Below, piece after piece: positions 1-14,385 of a stretch of 64,000 nucleotides of DNA (the stretch's first letter is position 1; every line of letters starts with the position of its first letter). A model generated the notes under the pieces. That model searched no databases, was not told the origin of the DNA, and was given only the letters and a program-made list of their open reading frames with translations. Position numbers and translations under genes: made by a program. Location of the stretch: NCBI GenBank assembly GCA_964016885.1, contig OZ024743.1, positions 53,568,001 through 53,632,000 of the forward strand. The letters run 5' to 3'. Origin of the DNA: Eledone cirrhosa. Lineage: Eukaryota.

Positions 1-502
1 CACACAGACATACACACACAAACACAGACACACACACTGACACACAGACGCACAGACACACACAAACACACACAAACACACACACAAAGTTGCTTGTACA
101 CTCAGACACGTAGAAAACATACATATATAGAAGTCAAATAACTAAAATGGCCATATACAGTCTATTTGGTTTACCTGTGTTTAGAGCGTCTCATAAACCT
201 AACTTTATTTTATGTCGTTTGCACACACCATCACACAAGGGAAGTTATAAACCCGTCACTACATACACGCCTACATACGTTTTACACCCTATTTTATTAG
301 ACAGGATTCAAAGAAGTGTGTTCAGTATAAAAAAAACCGCAGGTACCCACCACTGAGGGTTTTAAAGAGGAGGAAATTTGTGGCTAAGCTTCGATTTCTG
401 CGGAAAACATGGTCATCACAAAAAAAGAAAAAAAGAAAAAAAGAAAAAGAGCTATGTGAGAAAAAAAAAAAAGAAGCTGATTATTTGATTCTGAAATACA
501 TG

Positions 503-791
503 TACTCTCGGGTATCGAATAATCTCCCCCCCCCCCCTCCACCCTGCTGCTTATTAAATTTTGCTAATCTCCGGCGAATTTTTATTTTATGATTAAAAAA
601 AAAACTACATTACTAGAATTCCCATACGTTATAAAATAAATAGGATTGGTTGGAAGTCTCAATATATAAACTAAACGACTAATTCTGGTTTTAAAAATAA
701 TCAACGGAGACAACCGAGAAAAATAACCGATTTTCCACCCGCAAACCCCCACTTATTCAAACTTTCCCTTATTATTTGAGTCCCGAGAGTA
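503..791. mobile_element. MITE with TIRs tactctcgg...ccgagagta (TA-flanked, Tc1/mariner-type)
   Basis: Terminal inverted repeats; a diverged copy lies in reverse orientation at 19860-20214. Confidence 0.65.
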
Positions 792-1104
792 TTTGGTGTT
801 CTCACGTGGCTGTTGAAGTAAATATGATATCATCACAGCTTAAATTGTTCACAATGAGAAAATTTATGTTTATTTTACATAAACATATCGTATATACTTT
901 CTAATATGTATCGCGCCTTGTTAGCGCTATCGCTAATTAATACTAGTATTTTCACTATATGCAAATAAACCAACATCAAATGTTTGCAAAATCTAAATTT
1001 AAAAAGCATTAGCCACTCTACCTGTGTACCAAGCAAGTAAGCGTTACTGGTTAAGGATTAACAATCCTGAAATATTAAAATTTAGCGTTCCTATACAATT
1101 GTTT

Positions 1105-1330
1105 GGAGACGCATGGCCTAGTGGCATGTGCATTTCACTTACGATCATAATGTCATGGGTTCGATTCCTAGGCTGGGTCGTGTGTTGTGTTCTTGAGCAA
1201 AACACTTCATTTCACGTTGCCCCAGTATACTCAGCTGAAAATGTGATGGACTGGCGTCCCGTCCACGGGGGAGTTTTGCACTCACAGTCACTTAAACACC
1301 AGCCTGACGAGCCGCCTGGCTTGAGACATA
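1105..1330 (+). mobile_element. tRNA-derived SINE, family B (diverged)
   Basis: A-box-like tggcctagtgg and B-box ggttcgattcc followed by cttgagcaaaacactt, shared with 20755, 59415 and 63885. Confidence 0.6.
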
Positions 1331-1582
1331 TTTTTAGATACGATTGCTGAGGTAGCTGTGATGCTTCCACTTTTCCGATGACAGGCGACGGGATTTGAAT
1401 TCAGAATCTACTGAGCAGTAACAGATACCGCAAATCACCTCGTTCCATACTTTATCGATTCCGCTAATCCACTGCTACTGGGATGCTATTTTATTTACCA
1501 GACCCGGAATGATAAAAAGCAAAGTTGACATCGGCAGTATTTTAACTCAGAGCACAAAAAGCCAGAACAAATTGCAAGACAG

Positions 1583-1960
1583 TTAATTCGACCTTGGGGT
1601 GGCTCGGCGAGTGTTTTTGAAGGAGCAGACAATATGGTTGATGTTGAGACGCCAGACGTCACAGTTCTCAGCTAGGGTGGACCACCGGTGATGGTCGATG
1701 TGACAGTCACCAAGGGATTTTTTTAAACAGTCCTTGTGTCGCTTCATTGGTGGCCCCCTGTCACAATGGCCGGCGGAGAGTTCACCGTACAGCGGGATAA
1801 TGAGCATGCCCTGCCTTGCGCAGTTGGGACTTCAGCAGCATCGCCTCAACGCGGTTGACCTCCGCCCGTTCGAGGACTTCAACATTGGTGACACAGTCTC
1901 TCCGATAGATGTTGAGGATGGGGCGGAGGTAGCGCTGGTGTATAGTTTTGGGAATATCTG
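1583..1960 (-). pseudogene. RTE-clade LINE ORF2 C-terminal remnant
   Basis: LRPILNI..RD.VTNVEVLERA..EAMLLKSQLR.AGH then LYGELS.G..RG.P.KR.KD.LKKSL across a frameshift. Confidence 0.8.
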
Positions 1961-2224
1961 TTAGTGGGTTAACGGTCAACTTTGCCTTTCATTCTTTGAA
2001 GCTCGATAAAAAAAAGTACCAGTTTAGTATTGAGGTTAATTGTTCCTCTATATCTCTTTCTCACTTCCTTTCTCTCACTTTCCTTCTCTGGAAGATATCT
2101 GCTGTATTCAGACCTGGAGAGGGATGGGCTTCCTCCGTTCTTGTTAGAACTTTAGCGCGCACACCAGGAGACACACGCCCAACCATGCTTGCACTCATAT
2201 ACACACAGGTGGGTATGTTGGTAT

Positions 2225-2305
<81 letters not shown>

Positions 2306-2581
2306 GTGTGTATAATGGTAGTTATGGTGCTTCCATAGGCGGTATGCCAAAATTAGCACTCAATAATCATACAGAGCAGAGTGTGGATAGTATAAAAAAA
2401 CGAAAAATCAGTGATGCATCTGGACTCAGTTTATTGCGTGTAACAATTGTTTCGCCGGAAGGTAGCTCGAGACATGATCACTGTATGGATCTGGCTGATT
2501 CTACGGCTGCAGGGTCCTTCGGACACGGGCAGTTCGTTCGGAGCAAATTTTCTCACTATATGTATATACATTTTGTGGGAC

Positions 2582-2725
<144 letters not shown>

Positions 2726-2727
2726 CA

Positions 2728-2804
2728 GAGAGGGTGTCCCACAAAATGTATACACACTTCAACTGCATTCTAATCAAAGTATGTATACATTTTTGGGGAC
2801 ACCC

Positions 2805-2810
<6 letters not shown>
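2728..2810. mobile_element. Miniature mariner-type MITE (~80 bp); orphan TIR at 2560-2587
   Basis: agggtgtcccacaaaatgtatac...gtatacatttttggggacaccctg inverted termini with a short spacer. Confidence 0.6.
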
Positions 2811-2835
<25 letters not shown>

Positions 2836-2836
2836 T

Positions 2837-3443
2837 GTCAGGTCACCAGTTGGTGCTACTGGTAACATGTATCCCAGTACAACCTGTCTCATGGTCGGGT
2901 CGTTGGCGACTAAACTGGCAACCCCACCAAGGTTTCTTGGTGAGGAGGGTGACTTTGGACATCCTGCAGGACTAAAAACAAAACCTGTCAAAGGGCAAGG
3001 GAGCTCTTAAGAGTCAATAGCCATCCAAAATCACCGGGAGAGATGACCCCTTAGCCTTTGTCAAGGCAGAATTCTAGGAGAAGGAAAACTCTGATATAAC
3101 ACCTGCAATCCTGATGGTATCCAATGATGTTGACCTGTTCTTCTTTTTGGTAAATATCATCTTGGTTAAGAGAGTGGGACTGGCTTTGTGCAGTGCCTTT
3201 GCTCACTATAAAAGCTTCACAGCACAGGAATTGCTTTATATCTGGAGATCTCTCTGCACTTGTCATCACATGGTACCATTGGCCCTGCACTATGTGTCAA
3301 TAATGGTCACAAGTGTAGTCTTTGTGCCAGAGTTTTCAAGTCGCTGGCTGGACTAAAGTCACATTCGTTCAGCGCATCGGTAGGGGTTCTCCTACATGGA
3401 TATAAAGTAGTGGCCGTACTCGAAAACGAGTTGGCAGCCACCA
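2837..3443 (+). mobile_element. Non-autonomous RTE-derived retroelement (~600 bp), copy 1
   Basis: Near-identical copies at 11983-12590 and 62300-62875; C2H2 remnant HKCSxCxRVFKSLAGLKSH; 3' stem-loop gtggc-actcg-aaaa-cgagt-gccac followed by a microsatellite. Confidence 0.75.
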
Positions 3444-3475
3444 TATATATATATATATATATATATTAGAAAGTG

Positions 3476-3665
3476 AGGTTTTTTTTACAAAATGAAAAAT
3501 AACCGAGGTGTCCTACACGAGTGAAAGTATAAAGAAAAAGGGATGAAATCGAAAATGCAACTGGAGTCTTATTTTTTTTTTAAATATATATATTTATTTG
3601 GTTCCTTTACCGGTTTCGCAGTTCTTCTGCTTTTCAAAAGGTGAGTTGAGATGGAGGGTCTGTGG

Positions 3666-3670
<5 letters not shown>
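3476..3670 (-). mobile_element. PLE pLTR-type 3' fragment inserted in (TA)n
   Basis: Same family as the fold-back at 43017-43487; carries a minimal HHR. Confidence 0.7.
3604..3641 (-). ncRNA. Minimal type I hammerhead ribozyme, U3-A8 core variant
   Basis: Minus strand: cctt UUGAAAA gcag-aagaa-ctgc GAAA ccgg UA aagg; palindromic stem III accggt. Confidence 0.7.
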
Positions 3671-3727
<57 letters not shown>

Positions 3728-3851
3728 AGTGTGTGTGTGTGTTCTTGTTTGATGAACTTATGAGAAGCAGGTGAAACTCAAGAGTAACACGACTCGCTAT
3801 TAAGCCTAAATAAAATGAATATACGCATATACATATGTATATGTGTGTGTG

Positions 3852-6630
<2,779 letters not shown>

Positions 6631-6651
6631 ATATATATGTATGTATATGTA

Positions 6652-6704
<53 letters not shown>

Positions 6705-6763
6705 GTGTATATATATATATATGTATGTGTGTATATATATATATATGTATGTGTGTATATATA

Positions 6764-6945
<182 letters not shown>

Positions 6946-6971
6946 CGCTAGTTATATGCTGGTGCATCCAG

Positions 6972-7010
<39 letters not shown>

Positions 7011-7737
7011 CATCACTGGATACACCACCATATAACTGGCACCACTCAGCCACTTACGGTATACTAACATGCTAAATAAAACTATACAGTATCTACGATG
7101 ATTCTCGTCGATTCGACCACTAACTACTGTGAGGTTGGGTTGTTATGGCAACAGCTATCGTTGCCAACCGACCGTCGAATGAGTCTCTACAGCTTGTAAA
7201 ATATATCAAAGGCAAGAAATGTTGTTGATAAACATCAATGATTAACAATCAAATATAGCTTCAACTGCAGTCGGCTTTGAAGTAAGAATAAAATGAATAA
7301 AACATTAAAGCACTAATATTTTAATGAGCTAATCAGTGACGGATAACGTATTTATAACAATGACTTGGTTTATTACTAAAGAGTCGTGTTTGTTTCATGG
7401 AGCGGTGGAACGAATGGCGAACCACCCAGTGAGAATGGGTTGCTCTGTAGTCATCAAATACATACACACACACACACATATTTATATATATATGCACTCT
7501 CTCTCTCTATCTTACACGCAGACATATATTTGTGAGTCCCGGGTTCAATCAGGAGTAACCATAGTAGAATGCATTAGAATATAAATATATAAACGGAAAA
7601 AATGAAACGAAATTTCATTTCTCACTCTGAGTACGGCTGTTACTTAAATATAAGTATGTATACAGACGTACAGTAGTATGTATATATATATATATACATA
7701 CATGCATGTATATATATATATACATACATGCACACAC

Positions 7738-7769
<32 letters not shown>

Positions 7770-8225
7770 TGTTTGTATATATATATATATACATATGTAT
7801 ATATATGTGTGTGTGTATCGGGTTTGAACCAGTCTTAAACTAGTTAAATCATTATTCAATAGAGTACTCGATACTTGGGATAATCTGGAACTAGCTGTTG
7901 AAACAGCAAGAGCTCATCCGTTGGATCACAACTCTTTCTAATACACACACACGCACACACACACACACATATATATATGTATATATTATGTATATATATA
8001 TACCAACATCCAGAAACAGCGACACAAGAGAAAGAAAATACCTCACCGGGAGAAAGCGCCAGCCATATGGCCCAAAGGTGACGCCAAACAGATCAAAGAA
8101 TTGGAAGGGATTGGTCAAAAGGGGTGGAGATAGAGAAGTGAGTAGATGCATATCATACGATAAATGATGGAGGAAAACACACACGCACATATATGTATAT
8201 ATATAAATGTATATATAAAGAGAGA

Positions 8226-8333
<108 letters not shown>

Positions 8334-9220
8334 TTAGCGTGTATAAGGGAGACAGGTAGATAGATAGATAGATAAATAGATAGAGAGATAGATAGATAGA
8401 GAGAGAGAGACATGCTTTTTCGCGCAAAGAAATGAAAGGAAGCGCAGTAGGGCGGCTGGGTTTAAATGACCAGATGAAGAGACAACAACAATGTGTGAAA
8501 ACACACTCCATGATAATTAACGATTGCTTTCAAGCGACCGACACGCCATTTGACGGCCATCTTAATTTCACTATTTCTCTTTAATGTTTCGTTTTCGGTA
8601 CTTTTCTACATCCATAAATGTCGTCTGCTCTATCCATTTTTCATTGACTCTCTCATTAAAGTTTTCTTCTATGGTACTTCTATGGTTTTTATTTCTTCTT
8701 AACCTTATATTTATATTTTGTTTTGTTTTTATTTATATTTGAGTTATTTTAAAAAAATACTCTCTCATACGAGTATTTTTCTGTCTGCCTACCTGCCTCT
8801 CTTGTTCACTTCATATATATATTTATGTGCGCGCACACACATAGATAGACACACATACACACATACATACATACACACATACATACATACATACATACAT
8901 ACATACATACATGCATACATACATACATACATACATACATACATACATACATACATACGTACGGTTTCAAGAGTTAATATGCTTACTTTTGAATCTCTTT
9001 GAACCCTAATCAGTCAATTATGAACATAGAGCATCGAATTCGCTTGCAAAAGTACAGAATTCTCCTTCGTTGGATCAATCAAAAACCTGTCCCAACCATT
9101 AGTTATTGACAATGAATGTATCATTTTAAATATAACCTTTTCAACCGCTGCTACATAACACGAATAGAAAACGTCGTTGGAAAATAGTATAGTCGACTAA
9201 AAGAGTGATAGACTGTAGAC

Positions 9221-9534
9221 CAGAGATTCTCAAAATGGGCGCTACCGCCCCAGGGCGTTGAGAATGTCCAGGGGGCGCTGTGTAGAGATGATATAATAGT
9301 ATATTAAATACCAAATAATACATATTACATATAGATATAGTAAAATAAAAAATATATATTTATTTATACATAGTATATATTATATTATTTATTTATATAA
9401 ATTAACGATTTTATTAATTATATATTATTTACAATTTGAGTGGAGGCAGGTCTCTCTGGAAATAGGGGCTGGGGGCGCTGAGGGTATTACGTAGCTGAGA
9501 GGGGCGGTGGCCCCAAAATGTTTGAGAACCTCTG
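9221..9534. mobile_element. hAT (Charlie/Buster-like) MITE
   Basis: TIRs cagagattctcaaa / tttgagaacctctg; perfect 8-bp TSD ctgtagac at 9213-9220 and 9535-9542 with central TA. Confidence 0.9.
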
Positions 9535-10196
9535 CTGTAGACCCTTTAGAAACGAATGTCTACGGCAAACCGTAGTAACGAATGTCTTCCGTTAGAGTCG
9601 TGATAGTGACAGCGGTGAAACTTGTTGACGTCTTACAGCTACGATGACTACCAACGTTATTTTTTCTAAACTCAAGAAAATGTTTAAATGTAAGTTTGAA
9701 AGTAGAACAACGGAGAGGAGTTCCAGCTAGATCCTGTCAACAAAAATCTGTGTGTGGTTTAAATACACAAGTCTCTGATATCCAAATGGCTAAATGTCTG
9801 CAGAAAAGCACACAGGAGTCATGACCTGGATGCGGCCCGGCCTCCTTACAATGTAAGAAGTTAAGGGCCGAAGCCATTTGCTTGAGGTGGACAGTGGGTT
9901 CTTCTCTGAAGACCTTTTGCTGTCAGCCTTTCCTGGGAGTTCTTTACCCCCATTAACGAACGATTTCCATAGAAAAATAACGATTAAAAACTAAGTTTAC
10001 GAAAGATTACTTAGGTTCGCTCATAAAGCAATACAATAGATATTGATATATTTATTTCGTTAAACATACAAAAAAAGAAAGGTACATTGGAAAGGACTAT
10101 AAATGCAATAAATGAGAGAAAAAGGGTGGAAGAGCAAGGACTACTATACAAAGGAAGAAAGAAAGGGAAAAGAGGAGAGGAGGATAGTCTCTACAC

Positions 10197-10430
10197 CTAG
10201 GTCTGAGTAGATAAAATGGCAAAGATATTTCCGCGGACATTGGCCAACCACACACGCTTCAACAGCCACTCTCCCTCGCGGGGCTGCTTCCTCAGACGGG
10301 CTGTTATCGATCTGATTTTACGGAGGCCAGCTGTCCAGGATCCACAGATGTCTGAGGTCTCGACGGCCACCGGTGCAAAGAGGAAGCGGCCGGACAAGCT
10401 CCAGTATTTGCTTGTCTTCCTGTCCTATAC
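10197..10430 (-). pseudogene. CRE-like non-LTR retrotransposon restriction-like endonuclease remnant
   Basis: FAPVAVETS..G.W...WLLKRVWLANVRGNIFAIL resembles the F.P.A.ET.G...QR.S...RGNA C-terminus of CRE elements. Confidence 0.65.
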
Positions 10431-10777
10431 AATAAATTAAAAGCGAAATTTTTTTCGTTTATTCATTACATTATTCACTTACTACACTGTTTTCACTTTA
10501 TGTATTTAATTTTATAGATAGCATGCATTTTATTAATTTTTAAAGGTATTCTTTTAAGGTAGAATGTTGGTAATGATTAAGGTTTTAGAACAAAATTGTC
10601 CTTAAATTCATAAGTTTTAATTGATGAGGTAATCATTTTTTGTGGGTAACGAACGAAGTTCTGGAATAATTTAGATTCGTTGCCAAAGGGTAGACCGGGG
10701 TAGTAACACAGCTCCAGATGTAGATTTAAAGGGTCCTGACTGTTTTACTGAACTTTGGAAACAATAATTTATTAGCT

Positions 10778-11045
10778 AGGATAGGTTAGGGTTAGCGTTA
10801 GAGGGTTAGGGTTAGAATTAGAGGGTTAGTGTTACGGTTAGAGGGTTAGAGGGTTAGGGTTAGAGGGTTAGGGTTAGGGTTTAGGTTACGGTGAGAGGGT
10901 GAGGGTTGGGTTGGGGTTTAGAGCTAGACTTAGGGTTAGGTTTAGGGTTAGGTTTAAGGTTATAGAGTTAGGATTAGGTTTACAGTTAGGGTTAGGATGT
11001 TAGGTTTACAGTTAGGGTTAGGATGATAGGGCTTAGGATAGGGTG
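10778..11045 (+). repeat. Interstitial degenerate (TTAGGG)n telomere-like array
   Basis: Many ttaggg units interspersed with ttagaggg and tttaggg variants. Confidence 0.85.
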
Positions 11046-11409
11046 TAGAGTTGATTATTCTGCTGAAATAAAAAGAAAATATCAGTTTTGTTCTTATGTA
11101 GAAAAGACATTCCATCTCATTGATATATAGGTTCGACCTACGTCAATTCCGACGACATGTGTTCCAGTTATTTTAGCATCGGAACAGCCTGCTCATGATT
11201 GACCATGCATGTGGATGAGCATGCTTCTTTAACCTAGATCTCAGGGAAATTCAGTGTAACACTTTGAATTTCAGATACAGCATATTTGCAAGCTGAGTGG
11301 AATTAGAGCAACATAAAATGAAATATCTTGCTCAAGGACACAACGCACCGCCGTTAAACATGCAGGGTTTTGGGAATATTTTACATATTTTTACAGTTCC
11401 ATTAACGGA

Positions 11410-11830
11410 TTGTACTTGTAATTTCCTAACTAGCAGTGTACTTTCTGGTTCTGTGAAGACCAGCATCTCAAAACTTGTACTGAAGCAGTCAGTAACATAT
11501 CCCAGAGCCCCAATAATCACAGGTATAAATCTAAAGATAGCCAGGGTGGGGTATCTGTAGATTTCTCGTTAGTTCTGCATAGATGTACTCCCTTTCGCTA
11601 ATCTTTAATATTATATTGGCATCTGCTGGGCAGTTGACTTCCACAACTGTGCATGCTTTCTTTTCCCTGTCCCTTATCACTATATCTGGTTTGTTATGCC
11701 TGCATTTTATTGAGGTTTTCACTACAACATTCCACCAGTACTCATTCATATTATGCATATATGTCTTCAACATTGCTGTAACTTTTAATGTGTTTATTGT
11801 CGGGGCCATCTTTTCTACGGATTGCATTGT
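11410..11830 (-). pseudogene. R4/Dong-like non-LTR element REL endonuclease remnant
   Basis: HNKPDIVIRD....VVEV.CP.D and IIGALGYV motifs; related fragments at 43170-43262 and 43799-43893. Confidence 0.7.
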
Positions 11831-11982
11831 ACAGTGTTATGGCCACTATATCATAGGTATGTATGTATATAGGTATGTATGTATATAGGTATGTATGTAT
11901 GTATGTATGTATGTATGTATGTATGTATGTATGTATGTATGTATGTATGTATGTATGTATGTATGTATGTATTTATGTATGT

Positions 11983-12590
11983 GTCAGGTCATCAGTTGGT
12001 GCTACTGGTAACATGTATCCCAGTACAACCTGTCCCATGGCCGGGTCGTTGGCGACTAAACTGGCAACCCCACCAAGGTTTCTCGGTGAGGAGGGTGACT
12101 TTGGACATCCTGCAGAACTAAAAACAAAACCTGTCAAAGGGCAAAGGAGCTCTTAAGAGTCAATGGCCTTCCAAAATCACCGGGAGAGATGACCCCTTAG
12201 CCTTTGACAAGGCAGAATTCTAGGAGAAGCAAAACTCTGATATAACACCTGCAGCCCTGATGGTATCCAATGATGTTGACTTGTGCTTTTTTTGGTAAAT
12301 ATCATCTTGGTTAAGAGAGTGGGACTGGCTTTGTGCAGTGCCTTTGCTCACTATAAAAGCTTCACGGCACAGGCATTGCTTTATATCTGGAGATCTCTCT
12401 GCGCTTGTCATCACATGGTGCCATGGGCCCAGCACTATGTGTCAATAATTGTCACAAGTGTAGTGTTTTACCAGAGTTTTCAAGTCGCTGGCTGGACTAA
12501 AAAGTCACACTTGTTCAGCGCATCGGTAAGGGTTCTCCTACATGGACATAAAGTAGTGGCCGTACTCGAAAACGAGTTGGCTGCCACCAT
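11983..12590 (+). mobile_element. Non-autonomous RTE-derived element, copy 2
   Basis: High identity to 2837-3443. Confidence 0.75.
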
Positions 12591-12719
12591 GTATTAAGTA
12601 TGTATGTGTATGTGTATTTACTCGAAAGTATGTGTATGTGTATGATTCTGGTTTTGAGAGAGAGAGGAGAGAGAGAGAGAGAAAAAGAGAGAGAAGGGAT
12701 ATATATATATATATATATA

Positions 12720-13058
12720 TACGATATTAAATAAATGGAAACTATATTTATAAAACCATATTTATTTCATTATATATATTTCAGGGATATCATATTAAAA
12801 ATATGGTATGCCTTCATCAGACAAAATACAATATAAACAGTCTTATAAGACTGTTTATATTGTATTTTGTCTGATGAAGGCATACCATATTTTTAATATG
12901 ATATCCCTGAAATATATATAATGAAATAAATATGGTTTTATAAATATAGTTTCCATTTATTTAATATCGTAAATATACTCCAAATACTTGTTGAGTGCTT
13001 TTATATCAGTTATAAATATTTACTCGTTGTAACCCAACAATTTAAATAAAACTTTGCA
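12720..13058 (+). mobile_element. Fold-back PLE fragment: 252-bp spacerless palindrome (12720-12971) plus single-copy tail
   Basis: Palindrome centre tctta|taaga at 12845/12846; flanked by (TA)n. Confidence 0.85.
12863..12928 (+). ncRNA. Type I hammerhead ribozyme (mirror copy on minus strand at 12763-12828)
   Basis: tattttgt CUGAUGA agg...cct GAAA tatata UA atgaaata; 8-bp stem I with 2 GU pairs; predicted cut after 12920. Confidence 0.75.
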
Positions 13059-13160
13059 TATATATATATATATATATATAACGAAGGAAATGTGGTAAGG
13101 AACCAGGTGGACCATAACGCACCAAAGTACTCAATACTTGAGGTAGTAGAGTGGGTAATA

Positions 13161-13272
13161 GGAACCAGTAAGACCCCGACAGCTGAGCTCAAGCCGTTTC
13201 GACGGCTAATTCTGGACTAAATGAAAATTTATCCTGGTATTTAAATAGCCGATCTTCTCAAGGGGTAATTCC
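13161..13272 (-). ncRNA. Hammerhead ribozyme in 3' pLTR, U3-A8 variant
   Basis: acccc UUGAGAA gatcggcta...tagccgtc GAAA cggc-ttgagctca-gctg UC ggggt; predicted cut between 13178 and 13177. Confidence 0.8.
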
Positions 13273-14385
13273 ATATATGGTCAAAGTGATTGTAAAAAAT
13301 CAGTAGTAATTCTGTGGTTGCAAATTAGTAGGGGAGATGGTGGCTAAACCTGCCAGTAGGAGAAAGAGGGGGGGGGAGTAGCCCCAATCAAGCGTTTGTA
13401 GTGCCAGCTACAGCTGGGCATGAGGTCAAAGAAGATACAGGGGAGGGGGAGGGGGAGGAAGTCGGAACGGTAGGTAGAACAATGGGGGGTAGAAATATAT
13501 AGGAAAGAAAAAATACTGAGAGTGAAGAAAAGCGAATAAGTGTAAAGAAAAACAAATGAGTGTAAAGAAAAAAGTAAAGTAAATTAAATTCTACGACCTA
13601 GGTCTCTAGCTGTTGTTAGTCTAGAAATAAATAAATAAAGAAAGAAAGAAGTAAAGAAAGAAATAAAGAAATAACGAAATAAGTAAAAGAACTAGGTGGG
13701 ACGAAATAGGCAAGGACCCTTTTAAGAGGTATAAGTACGTAAATGATACGGTGACGGGTCAACAAAAGGGGCCAAAATACTAAAGAGACTACCACGAAAT
13801 AAACAATAAAGGTTTCCATCCCGGGCACAATTCCAGCAACCACCCAGTGCAGCAAAGTGAACTAATACGAGATAATAATTCTGAGTCCCGAGAAAAATAT
13901 ATACTAATGCTAACTCTAAAAGATCTAAAACAAGCTACATGAAAGTTCGTACGAAGTAAAGGTAGAATACGGAAGAATAAATTCAGAATCCACCCCGCCC
14001 AAAAGATAAGCGAAGAAAGAAATACTGAAACGAAAAAATAAGGCATAAGTGCCACTAAGAAATATAGAGGGCACAGAGAATAGTGGGAGCGGTCGGAAAA
14101 AGGGGACAAGTATCCGGGGTCTAAACCAACTGCTATAAAGGGCGGAGTCCGCCAAATCTATCCTAGACTAGGGGAGGGGGTGGGGGTACTAAGGCTACAA
14201 GGGGCCAAAGGGCGGCCTCGGGTGGGCGAGAAGAGACGCCGACAAAGGAGAAGAGCTGGGGTAGAAGGACTAAGGAGAGAGGGGGGAAGGAAGGAAATAA
14301 AGGAAGCGATAAAAGAATACAAAGAAGATCTTACGTCTCCCTTGGCAAGCAGGGGTTACCCATTGCAAAATCGGCAAGTGGGGTG

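Noticed and set aside
2425-2520. Minus-strand gccg...cggc GAAA caattg UU, HHR-like half
   Set aside because: The CUGANGA strand is absent (ctgca) and stem I is unpaired; at best a decayed remnant.
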